Shown: piece by piece, positions 23,535 through 31,085 of the stretch
Layout of the letters: every line of letters starts with the position of its first letter
Position numbering within the stretch: position 1 is the first letter of the stretch
From: Kineococcus radiotolerans SRS30216 = ATCC BAA-149
GTDB lineage: Bacteria > Actinomycetota > Actinomycetes > Actinomycetales > Kineococcaceae
Direction of reading: 5' to 3'
Assembly (NCBI RefSeq): GCF_000017305.1
Contig: NC_009664.2
Location: 1,080,001 to 1,112,000 of the forward strand
Length of the DNA: 32,000 nucleotides
The notes under the pieces: model-generated
Seen by the model: only the letters and a program-made list of their open reading frames with translations
What the model was told of the DNA's origin: nothing
Databases searched by the model: none
Program-made: the position numbers and the translations under genes

Positions 23535-24188
23535 GTGCCGACGCCTCCGTCCCGCCAGGTCAAGCAGCCCGTCAGCTGGGCCTACGCCGAGCAGTTCGTC
23601 CCCGAGGACGAGGTGCTGCAGCGGGCCCGGGCCCGGGCCGCCGAGCTGGGCCTGGAGCCCGTCTCCCCCGGCGTGGCCTCCGTCCTCACGGTGCTGACGG
23701 CCGCCACCCGCGCCCGCACGGTCGTCGAGGTCGGCACCGGGACCGGGGTCTCGACCATCAGCCTGCTGCGCGGCATGGGCGAGGACGGCGTCGTCACCAC
23801 GATCGACTCCGACGCCGAGGCGCAGCGCGCGGCCCGCGAGAGCGTCGCCGACGACGGCATCCGCCCCAACCGGGCCCGTCTCATCAACGGCCGCGCCCTC
23901 GAGGTCCTCCCCCGCCTCACCGACGCCGCCTACGACCTCGTCCTCCTCGACGGCGACGAGCGCGAGTACTCCGCCTACCTCGAGCAGGCGCTGCGGCTGC
24001 TGCGCCCCGGCGGGCTGCTCGTCGTCGACGACGCCCTCTGGAAGGGCCGGGTCACCGACCCGGCCGCCCGCGACGCCTCGACCACCGCCCTGCGCGAGGT
24101 GGGGCGCACGGTCCTCGAGGACGGCCACTGGTACCCCTCGCTGCTGCCCACCGGCGACGGGCTCCTGCTCGCCGTCAAGCACGGCTAG
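23535..24188 (+). CDS. Class I SAM-dependent O-methyltransferase (caffeoyl-CoA OMT / family 3 type)
   Basis: VVEVGTGTGVSTISLL (SAM motif I), VTTIDSD, DLVLLDGDEREY and LLRPGGLLVVDDALWKGRV. It lies divergent from sigE, as Rv1220c does in M. tuberculosis (recollection). Confidence 0.88.
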   Translation: MPTPPSRQVKQPVSWAYAEQFVPEDEVLQRARARAAELGLEPVSPGVASVLTVLTAATRARTVVEVGTGTGVSTISLLRGMGEDGVVTTIDSDAEAQRAARESVADDGIRPNRARLINGRALEVLPRLTDAAYDLVLLDGDEREYSAYLEQALRLLRPGGLLVVDDALWKGRVTDPAARDASTTALREVGRTVLEDGHWYPSLLPTGDGLLLAVKHG

Positions 24189-24195
24189 CCGCCCC

Positions 24196-24228
24196 GCGCC
24201 GGTCTCAGGCGCCGGTCTCAGGCGCCGG
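24196..24228. repeat. 13-nt tandem repeat GCGCCGGTCTCAG x2.5, placing three palindromic GGCGCC sites at 13-nt phasing
   Basis: Positions 24196-24208 and 24209-24221 are identical, and 24222-24228 is a partial third copy. The repeat spans the pepA stop codon (24218-24220) in the 29-nt spacer between convergent genes. Confidence 0.85.
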
Positions 24229-25768
24229 CGGCCACCGACTCCAGCCACTCCACCAGCAGCCGCGCCCCGAAGCCGGTGGGCCCCCGCGTGACCTCGTGCT
24301 CGGCGGCGTCGGCGCGGCCGGTGCCGGCGATGTCGAGGTGCGCCCAGCGGCGCCCGCCCGCGAAGGGGCGCAGGAACAGCGCCGCGACCACGGCCCCGGC
24401 GCCGAAGCCGGGGGTGGTGACGACCTGGCGGGCGTCGGCGAGGTCGGAGGCGAGGGCCGGCCGGTAGTCCTCGACCAGGGGCATCCGCCACACGCGCTCC
24501 CCCGTCGCCGCCGCGGCCGCGGCGAGCTGGTCGGCGAGGGCGTCGTCGGGGGAGAACAGCGCGGCGTGGCGCTTGCCCAGGGCCAGGCCCGCGGCGCCGG
24601 TCAGGGTCGCGACGTCGACGACGACGTCGGGGGCCAGGACGGCGTCGGCGTAGGCCAGCGCGTCGCCCAGGACCAGCCGGCCCTCGGCGTCGGTGTTGTT
24701 GACCTCGGTGGTGCGCCCGCCGTAGTGCCGGACGACGTCGCCGGGGCGGTAGGACGAGGCGCCGAGGGAGTTCTCGGCCAGCGCCAGCAGCCCCGTGACC
24801 CGGACCGGCAGCTTGAGCCGGGCGGCGGCGGCGACGGCGGCGAGGACGGCGGCGGAGCCCGCCATGTCCGTCTTCATCGCGACCATCGACTCGCGCGGCT
24901 TCAGGCCCAGCCCGCCGGTGTCGTAGGTGATGCCCTTGCCGACGAGGACGACGTGCGGCACGCCCGGGCGGGCGCGCGGGGTCCAGCCGACCTGGACGAG
25001 GGCGGGCTCGGACGCCGAGCCGGCCCCGACGGCGAGCAGGCCCCCGAACCCCTCGCGCCGCAGCCGGTCCGCGTCGCGGACCTCGACCTTCAGCCGGGCG
25101 GCGGCGGCGACCTCGTGGACCTGGGCGACCATCCACGCCGGGTCCTTGAGGTTGGAGGGGGTCGCGGCGAGGTCGCGGGTCAGGACGGTTGCGGCGGCAG
25201 TGGCCTCGGCGTGCCGGACGTCGGCGAGGGCGACCTCCCCGAGCAGGACGAGGCGGCGGGCGGGGGGCTCGGCGGCAGCCTTGCGCCCGGTCACCGGCGG
25301 GGAGTACGAGGCGAGGAGGAACCCCTCGACGACGGCGCGGGTGCCGGCGGGGCCGACGCCGTCGGCCAGCGTCGTGGCCACGTCCCCGGTGCCCGCGGCC
25401 CGGGCCAGGGCGGCGGCGCTGCGGCGCAGGGCGGTGGGCGAGGAGTCGCCGACCCCGACGACGACGAGCCGCTGCGGGCCGCCCTCGGGGGCGGGCACGG
25501 GCAGGCGCGTCGCGGTGGCGGCCGCGCCGGTCACCGCCTCGGCGGCGCAGACGGCGGCGAGGTCGATGCCGTGGCGGACGGCGGCGTCGGCGGCCCCCGG
25601 GCGCGGCTGCAGGGGCGTGTCGGCCCCCTCGCCCGGGGCCACGGGGACGGCGAGCACCGCGATCCCGGACAGGTCGGCGGTCGCGGGCGTCCCGCGGCGG
25701 ACCTCGACGACGGGCGGGGTCCAGCGCCGCAGCTCGGGGGCGGCGGCGGTGACGGTGGGGGTGCTCAC
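24218..25768 (-). CDS. pepA: Leucyl aminopeptidase (M17)
   Basis: VGKGITYDTGGLGLKP, MKTDMAGSAAV, NTDAEGRLVLGDAL and ATLTGA are M17 catalytic and metal-binding signatures. Confidence 0.93.
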   Translation of the reverse strand: MSTPTVTAAAPELRRWTPPVVEVRRGTPATADLSGIAVLAVPVAPGEGADTPLQPRPGAADAAVRHGIDLAAVCAAEAVTGAAATATRLPVPAPEGGPQRLVVVGVGDSSPTALRRSAAALARAAGTGDVATTLADGVGPAGTRAVVEGFLLASYSPPVTGRKAAAEPPARRLVLLGEVALADVRHAEATAAATVLTRDLAATPSNLKDPAWMVAQVHEVAAAARLKVEVRDADRLRREGFGGLLAVGAGSASEPALVQVGWTPRARPGVPHVVLVGKGITYDTGGLGLKPRESMVAMKTDMAGSAAVLAAVAAAARLKLPVRVTGLLALAENSLGASSYRPGDVVRHYGGRTTEVNNTDAEGRLVLGDALAYADAVLAPDVVVDVATLTGAAGLALGKRHAALFSPDDALADQLAAAAAATGERVWRMPLVEDYRPALASDLADARQVVTTPGFGAGAVVAALFLRPFAGGRRWAHLDIAGTGRADAAEHEVTRGPTGFGARLLVEWLESVAAGA

Positions 25769-25856
25769 GGTGTCGTCCTGACTCTCGCGGGTGCGGGCGG
25801 TGGTGCCCCGGGGTGCCCGGGTGCCCCCGGTGGTGGCCCCGGCCGGGGCCGGGACG

Positions 25857-25890
25857 ACGCGGGGCGGGCACCGTGGTGCCCGCCCCGCGT
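25857..25890 (-). terminator. 15-bp perfect GC hairpin 9 nt downstream of the DUF3117 stop
   Basis: ACGCGGGGCGGGCAC-CGTG-GTGCCCGCCCCGCGT, with arms paired by hand (25857-25871 with 25876-25890). Confidence 0.6.
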
Positions 25891-25898
25891 GCCGCGCC

Positions 25899-26066
25899 TC
25901 AGCCCACGACCGAGGTGATGGCCTCTCCGAGGGCCCTGGCTTCGTCGGGCGTCATCTCGACCACGAGACGACCACCGCCTTCCAGCGGCATGCGAAGGAC
26001 GATGCCGCGCCCTTCCTTGGTGACCTCCAGCGGACCGTCCCCGGTCCTCGGCTTCATGGCCGCCAT
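25899..26066 (-). CDS. DUF3117 family small protein (55 aa)
   Basis: MAAMKPRTGDGPLEVTKEGRGIVLRMPLEGGGRLVVEMTPDEARALGEAITSVVG is a highly conserved actinobacterial sequence. GAGGGAG lies 7 nt upstream of ATG 26066. Confidence 0.85.
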   Translation of the reverse strand: MAAMKPRTGDGPLEVTKEGRGIVLRMPLEGGGRLVVEMTPDEARALGEAITSVVG

Positions 26067-26223
26067 CGGCGTGCTCCCTCTCGTCGTCTCGTGCGCGCGC
26101 CGGGCCCGCGGCCGGGTGCTGCGGTCGGCGTGTAGGGGTCCATCATCCCCCACCGCGCCCCCCGGCTGGGCGCAGGGGCGCCCCGGTGATCCCGGTGCGC
26201 CGCTCGTGGACCGGCGACGGCGA

Positions 26224-27465
26224 TCACGGCGGCCAGTCGGCGGGCGGCGAGAAGCGCCACAGCCAGGCGACCCAGACCACCTGCAGGGCCAGGGAACACG
26301 CGACCCAGGCGCGCAGGACGGGCCGCCCGCCGGGCCGCAGGGCCACCAGGCCGCCGAGGGGGAAGAGGAGCACCAGGTAGCGGAAGAGGCTGGTGAAGGG
26401 GTCCAGGACGAGCAGCAGGTACCCGACGTAGGCCAGGCACCAGGCCCGCAGCTCCGGCCCGAGGACGGCGGTGCGCCGGGACAGCAACCACCACGCGGAG
26501 GCGACGACGGCGGCGACCAGCAGCAGCGGACCGGCGACCGCGCCCAGGACGTACTGCGAGATCCCCCACCACGGCGTCAGCCACTCCACCCGCCCCCCGG
26601 CCCGCCAGGCCCCCATCGTCGCGGTGTAGGCGTCGGTGCGGCCGGTGAGGCGCCAGGTGACGACCGGCCACAGCAGCCCGGCCGCCCCGGAGGCGGACAG
26701 CAGGGCCAGGCAGCGCAGCGCCTCCCGGCCCCCCAGGACCCGCCCGGCGCGCCGGCCCCGCCGCGCGCGCACCACCAGGTGCACGACGACGACGACGCAG
26801 AGCGGGACCGCGACCGGCCGGGTCAGCCCCAGCAGCAGGGCGAGCAGCGCCGCGGGCGCGTAGCGGCCCCGCTGCAGGCAGGCCAGGAAGGCCACGAGCA
26901 GGGCGATCGCCGGGGCCTCGGTGTAGGGCACCTGGTAGACCGGCGAGGGCGGGCTGACGCAGAACAGGACCGCGGCGCTCCAGGCCCCGCGCCGGGCCAC
27001 GGCCGCCGGGGCCCGCTCGCTCAGCGCGCGCAGGACCACCGCGTGCACCCCGACCGCGGCCAGCGCCCCCGCGACCAGCGACACCGCCGACCCCGCCCAC
27101 GAGAAGGGCAGGCCGGTGAGCATCACCAGCCGGGCGAGCAGGGGCGCCAGCGGGTAGAAGGCCAGCGCCGACTGCTGCACGTCGCCCGCCGCGCCCAGCG
27201 GCACCGAGTCGGGGTACCCCTCCTCCGCGATCCGCCGGTACCAGGTGGCGTCCCACAGCCCGAGCACGTCCCCGTAGCCGGAGCGCGCGGGGGTCCACTG
27301 GCTGGCGACCTGGAAGCGGGCGACCTCGGCGAGCACGGCCGCGGAGAAGAGCCGGGCCAGGGCGTAGACGAGCAGGACCCGCACCGCCACCGGCAGCCGC
27401 AGCCAGCGCAGCAGGAGGCGCGACCGCACCGGCGGGGCGTGCACCGGGGCGGGGACGGCGGTCAC
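26224..27465 (-). CDS. Polytopic membrane glycosyltransferase, PIG-V/mannosyltransferase-like
   Basis: About 10 hydrophobic segments. An early-loop motif GLWDATWYRRIAEEGY resembles the WDxxxYxxIAxxGY motif of PIG-V-type mannosyltransferases (recollection). GTG 27465 overlaps the upstream TGA (GTGA). Confidence 0.55.
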   Translation of the reverse strand: MTAVPAPVHAPPVRSRLLLRWLRLPVAVRVLLVYALARLFSAAVLAEVARFQVASQWTPARSGYGDVLGLWDATWYRRIAEEGYPDSVPLGAAGDVQQSALAFYPLAPLLARLVMLTGLPFSWAGSAVSLVAGALAAVGVHAVVLRALSERAPAAVARRGAWSAAVLFCVSPPSPVYQVPYTEAPAIALLVAFLACLQRGRYAPAALLALLLGLTRPVAVPLCVVVVVHLVVRARRGRRAGRVLGGREALRCLALLSASGAAGLLWPVVTWRLTGRTDAYTATMGAWRAGGRVEWLTPWWGISQYVLGAVAGPLLLVAAVVASAWWLLSRRTAVLGPELRAWCLAYVGYLLLVLDPFTSLFRYLVLLFPLGGLVALRPGGRPVLRAWVACSLALQVVWVAWLWRFSPPADWPP

Positions 27466-27980
27466 GAGGGGCCGTGGAGGTCGTCCCGCGCGCGCCGCAG
27501 CACCGCCTCGAAGGCCACGCGGCCCACCAGGCCCGGCAGCGCCCCGCCGCAGGCGGCGAGCAGGGCCAGCCCCCGCGGCCGCACCACGAGGTGCTCGGTC
27601 CACTCGATGCGCACGCGACCGCCGGTGGTGCCGGCGGGGGCGACGACCATCTCGACGGTCCCGCCGAAGACGTCGCCGGTCTTGACGATGGAGACCCGCC
27701 CGGGGCGGTCGTCGTCGGGGGTCTGGCGGGCCACGACCTCCATGGGGTCCACCAGGACCCACGGGCCCAGGGTGGTGGTGCCCACGAAGCGCTCCCCCAC
27801 GACCCCCACGGGGCCGCCCTCGGGCCGGGCCACGACGGTGGCGGGCACCCAGGCGGTCTGGCGCGGCCAGTCGGTGAGGACGTCGAAGACGTGCCGCACC
27901 CGCCCGCTCACCTCGGCGCGGGCGGTGAAGTCGACGGTCCGTCCCGCTCCGGTCCGGTTCAGTCCTCGGCGGTGCGCCAC
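27462..27980 (-). CDS. SRPBCC (START/polyketide-cyclase-like) family protein
   Basis: VDFTARAEVSGRVRHVFDVLTDWPRQTAWVP...GGTVEMVVAPAGTTGGRVRIEWTEHLV is the typical SRPBCC beta-alpha pattern. The start is uncertain: GTG 27980 (a 22-nt overlap with the upstream gene) or GTG 27911. Confidence 0.55.
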   Translation of the reverse strand: MAHRRGLNRTGAGRTVDFTARAEVSGRVRHVFDVLTDWPRQTAWVPATVVARPEGGPVGVVGERFVGTTTLGPWVLVDPMEVVARQTPDDDRPGRVSIVKTGDVFGGTVEMVVAPAGTTGGRVRIEWTEHLVVRPRGLALLAACGGALPGLVGRVAFEAVLRRARDDLHGPS

Positions 27981-28240
27981 GCGGTCAGCTCCTCGTCCCG
28001 TTCGCGGATCTCCTCGCGCAGGCGGTCCAGCACGGCGTCCACCTCGTCCATCCGGTACCCGCGCAGGCCCAGGGAGAACCGCACGGCGTCGACGTCGGCG
28101 GCCAGCACGGGCCCCTCGGGCAGGCCCCGGTAGGGGCGGCTGCTGGTGGCCGGGCCCAGGCCGCCGCTGACGCGGCCGGCGACGACGGCCGCGACGGCAC
28201 CCACGGCCAGCAGCACCAGGACCAGCAGCACCACGGTCAC
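27959..28240 (-). CDS. DivIVA-domain-containing small membrane protein
   Basis: An N-terminal TM segment (VVLLVLVLLAVGAVAAVVAG), then FSLGLRGYRMDEVDAVLDRLREEI (DivIVA N-terminal domain motif). GTG overlaps the LOG TGA (GTGA 28237-28240). Confidence 0.7.
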   Translation of the reverse strand: MTVVLLVLVLLAVGAVAAVVAGRVSGGLGPATSSRPYRGLPEGPVLAADVDAVRFSLGLRGYRMDEVDAVLDRLREEIRERDEELTAWRTAED

Positions 28241-28887
28241 GAGGGACCACCCCCGGCGGGGGGCCGCGGCGGGTCCCCGTCCGGCTGGGGCGGGAAGTCG
28301 ACGAAGGTCCCCACGATCTCCGAGCTGGGCAGCGACACCCGCTCCCGCGGCGCCCGCTCCAGGTGGTCCAGCGCCTCCTCCGGGTCCTCGGTCCAGAGGA
28401 TGCAGTCGAAGACCAGGGGCCGGGCGAACCCGCGCTCGACCAGGCCCTCCAGCCAGGTCCGCAGACCCGCGTAGTGGCCCGCGCGGTCCAGGACGGCCAA
28501 GGGCTTGGTGTGCAGGCCGATGGTGCGCGCGACCCAGATCTCGAAGAGCTCCTCCAGGGTGCCCAGCCCGCCGGGCAGGACGACGAACGCGTCGGCGCGG
28601 GCGTCCATCTCCGCCTTGCGCTGGCGCATGTCGGCGGTGACGACGAGCTCGCCCAGGCCCGCAGGCGGCAGCTCGAGGGCCATGAGCGCCTCCGGCATGA
28701 CGCCGGTGGTGCGGGCCCCGGCGGCGCGGGCGGCGGCCTCGGCCGCGCCCATGACGGAGGTCCCGCCCCCGCCGTAGACGAGGTCGTGGCCGCGTTCGCC
28801 GATGAGGCGCCCCACCGTGGTGGCGAGCTCGACGTGGGCGGGGTCGATGCCGCCGGAGGCGCTGCCGTACAGGCAGATCGTGCTCAC
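28237..28887 (-). CDS. LOG family (TIGR00730) nucleotide phosphoribohydrolase
   Basis: ICLYGSASG...LVYGGGGTSVMGA...RKAEM...FVVLPGGLGTLEELFE (PGGxGTxxE). GTG 28887 overlaps the dapE TGA (GTGA 28884-28887). The 570-aa ORF in the track is an over-extension. Confidence 0.88.
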   Translation of the reverse strand: MSTICLYGSASGGIDPAHVELATTVGRLIGERGHDLVYGGGGTSVMGAAEAAARAAGARTTGVMPEALMALELPPAGLGELVVTADMRQRKAEMDARADAFVVLPGGLGTLEELFEIWVARTIGLHTKPLAVLDRAGHYAGLRTWLEGLVERGFARPLVFDCILWTEDPEEALDHLERAPRERVSLPSSEIVGTFVDFPPQPDGDPPRPPAGGGPS

Positions 28888-30020
28888 GCGTCCTCCTGCC
28901 CGGTGCCCTCGAGCAGCCAGCCGGTGAGCACCCGCAGGCACTGCTCGACCTCCGCGGTCCGGCAGCGCTCGTCGTCGGCGTGCGCGGTGGCGTTGTCGCC
29001 CGGCCCGTAGTTGACGGCTGGCACCCCGAGGGCGGAGAAGCGCGCGACGTCGGTCCAGCCGTACTTCGGCAGCGGCTGCGTCCCGGTGCGGCGCACGAAG
29101 TCGGCGGCCGCGGGCAGGTGCAGCCCGGGCACGGCCCCGTCGGCGGCGTCGGTGACGGCCACCTCGAACCCCTCGAAGACCTCGCGCACGTGGGCCTCGG
29201 CCCCGGCGGAGTCGACGGCGGGGGCGAAGCGGTAGTTCACGGTGACGACGCAGCGGTCGGGGATGACGTTGCCGGCGATGCCGCCGCTGACGGCGACGGC
29301 GTTGAGCCCCTCGCGGAAGACGAGGCCCTCGACCTCGACCTCGCGCGGCTGGTAGGCCGCGAGCCGGGCCAGCACCGGCGCGGCGGCGTGGATGGCGTTG
29401 CTGCCGCGCCAGGCGCGGGCGGAGTGCGCGGCCTTCCCCGTCGTGGTGACCTCCGCGCGCAGGGTGCCGTTGCAGCCGCCCTCGACGACGGCGGAGGACG
29501 GTTCGAGCAGGACGGCGAAGTCGGCGGCGAGCAGGTGGGGGGCGTTGCGGGCCAGGCGGCCGAGGCCGTTGCGGGCGGCCTCGACCTCCTCGTGGTCGTA
29601 GAAGACGAAGGTGACGTCGCGCGGGGCGGCGGGGCCGGCGGCCGCGACGCGGCGGGCCAGGGCGAGCTGGACGGCCACCCCGCCCTTCATGTCGCAGGTG
29701 CCGCGGCCGACGAGGACGTCGCCGTCGACGGGGTGCTGCTCGCGGCGCACCGGCAGGTTGGGCGGGTCGGTGAGCGGGACGGTGTCGAGGTGGCCGGCCA
29801 GCAGCACCCGCTCGGCGCGGCCCAGGGCGGTGCGCGCGACGACGGCGTCCCCGTCGCGGACGACCTCCAGGCCCGGCAGGGCCCGCAGCGCGGCCTCGAC
29901 GGCGTCGGCGAGGGCGCGCTCGTCCCCGCTCACGGAGGGGATGTCGCACACCCGGCGGGTCAGTTCCACGACGTCGATGGCGGGGTCGGCGAGGTCGAGC
30001 GCGGTCGGCGAGGCGGTCAC
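28884..30020 (-). CDS. dapE: Succinyl-diaminopimelate desuccinylase (M20)
   Basis: LLAGHLDTVP, GRGTCDMKGG and LLEPS. It lies divergent from dapD, as in M. tuberculosis. The start is GTG 30020 (TAGGGT 7 nt upstream) or in-frame GTG 30029 or 30038. Confidence 0.87.
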   Translation of the reverse strand: MTASPTALDLADPAIDVVELTRRVCDIPSVSGDERALADAVEAALRALPGLEVVRDGDAVVARTALGRAERVLLAGHLDTVPLTDPPNLPVRREQHPVDGDVLVGRGTCDMKGGVAVQLALARRVAAAGPAAPRDVTFVFYDHEEVEAARNGLGRLARNAPHLLAADFAVLLEPSSAVVEGGCNGTLRAEVTTTGKAAHSARAWRGSNAIHAAAPVLARLAAYQPREVEVEGLVFREGLNAVAVSGGIAGNVIPDRCVVTVNYRFAPAVDSAGAEAHVREVFEGFEVAVTDAADGAVPGLHLPAAADFVRRTGTQPLPKYGWTDVARFSALGVPAVNYGPGDNATAHADDERCRTAEVEQCLRVLTGWLLEGTGQEDA

Positions 30021-30027
30021 GTGCTTC

Positions 30028-30033
30028 ACCCTA
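30028..30033 (-). promoter_or_regulatory. Candidate -10 box TAGGGT, 7 nt upstream of dapE GTG 30020 (leaderless candidate)
   Basis: The minus strand reads GGCTAGGGTGAAGCACGTGACC. Confidence 0.45.
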
Positions 30034-30078
30034 GCCACGCCCCGCGACGTGCCGTCGGAGCCGGGGCGGCCTCGCTTG

Positions 30079-30084
30079 TAGGGT
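30079..30084 (+). promoter_or_regulatory. Candidate -10 box TAGGGT, 7 nt upstream of dapD GTG 30092 (leaderless candidate)
   Basis: CTTGTAGGGTCACCTGCGTGAGC, the mirror image of the dapE arrangement. Confidence 0.5.
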
Positions 30085-30091
30085 CACCTGC

Positions 30092-31084
30092 GTGAGCGAG
30101 CAGACGGGCACCGGCACCGCGCAGCAGACCGACCGGGGGGCGCGGCGCGCCTGGGGCCACGGCCTCGCCACGGTCGCGGCCGACGGGACGGTGCTCGACG
30201 TCTGGTACCCCTTCCCCGAGCTGGGTCCCAACCCGCACACGGGGTCCTACGGGGTCCCGGCCGAGCTGGCCTCGCTGGAGGACGCCGACCCGCACCGCCG
30301 GGTCAAGCAGCGCGTGGTGACGACCGAGGCCGACCTCGACACCCCGCCGGTCGACACCGCCGACGCCTACCTGCGCCTGCACCTGCTCTCCCACCGCCTG
30401 GTCGCCCCGCACGGGCTGAACCTGGACGGGATCTTCGGCGTGCTCGCCAACGTGGTGTGGACCAACCACGGCCCGTGCGCGGTGGAGGACTTCGAGCGCA
30501 CCCGCCTGGCGCTGCGGGCCAACGTCGGCCCCGTGACGGTGCTGGGCATCGACAAGTTCCCGCGCATGACCGACTACGTGACGCCGACGGGGGTGCGCAT
30601 CGCCGACGCCGACCGCGTGCGCCTGGGCGCGCACCTGGCCCCGGGCACCACGGTCATGCACGAGGGCTTCGTGAACTTCAACGCCGGCACGGTCGGGGTC
30701 TCGATGGTCGAGGGCCGCATCTCGGCCGGGGTCGTCGTGGGCGACGGCTCCGACGTCGGCGGCGGCGCCTCGATCATGGGGACGCTGTCGGGGGGCGGCA
30801 AGGAGGTCGTGAGCATCGGCGAGCGCACGCTGCTGGGGGCGAACTCCGGCACGGGCATCTCCCTGGGCGACGACTGCGTGGTGGAGGCGGGGACGTACAT
30901 CACCGCCGGCACCAAGGTGACGCTGCTGGACCGCGACGGCGCCGTGGACCGGGTCGTGTCCGCGCGCACGCTGTCCGGTTCGGACGGGCTGCTGTTCCGC
31001 CGCAACTCCGTCACGGGCCAGGTCGAGGCCCTGCCCCGGCGGGGCGTGAAGGTGGAGCTGAACCCCGCCCTGCACGCCAACTGA
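30092..31084 (+). CDS. dapD: 2,3,4,5-tetrahydropyridine-2,6-dicarboxylate N-succinyltransferase
   Basis: Actinobacterial long-form DapD. The C-terminal left-handed beta-helix hexapeptide repeats are visible ([34 protein letters not shown]...[23 protein letters not shown]...[26 protein letters not shown]). Confidence 0.92.
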   Translation: MSEQTGTGTAQQTDRGARRAWGHGLATVAADGTVLDVWYPFPELGPNPHTGSYGVPAELASLEDADPHRRVKQRVVTTEADLDTPPVDTADAYLRLHLLSHRLVAPHGLNLDGIFGVLANVVWTNHGPCAVEDFERTRLALRANVGPVTVLGIDKFPRMTDYVTPTGVRIADADRVRLGAHLAPGTTVMHEGFVNFNAGTVGVSMVEGRISAGVVVGDGSDVGGGASIMGTLSGGGKEVVSIGERTLLGANSGTGISLGDDCVVEAGTYITAGTKVTLLDRDGAVDRVVSARTLSGSDGLLFRRNSVTGQVEALPRRGVKVELNPALHAN

Positions 31085-31085
31085 G

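Noticed and set aside
25810-25853. GC-rich near-repeats (GGTGCCCCGGGGTGCCCGGGTGCCCCCGG) and the 16-nt palindrome GGCCCCGGCCGGGGCC upstream of pepA
   Set aside because: These are composed only of G/C runs, which arise easily by chance at this composition. They have no defined spacing to the pepA start and no second copy elsewhere in the window.
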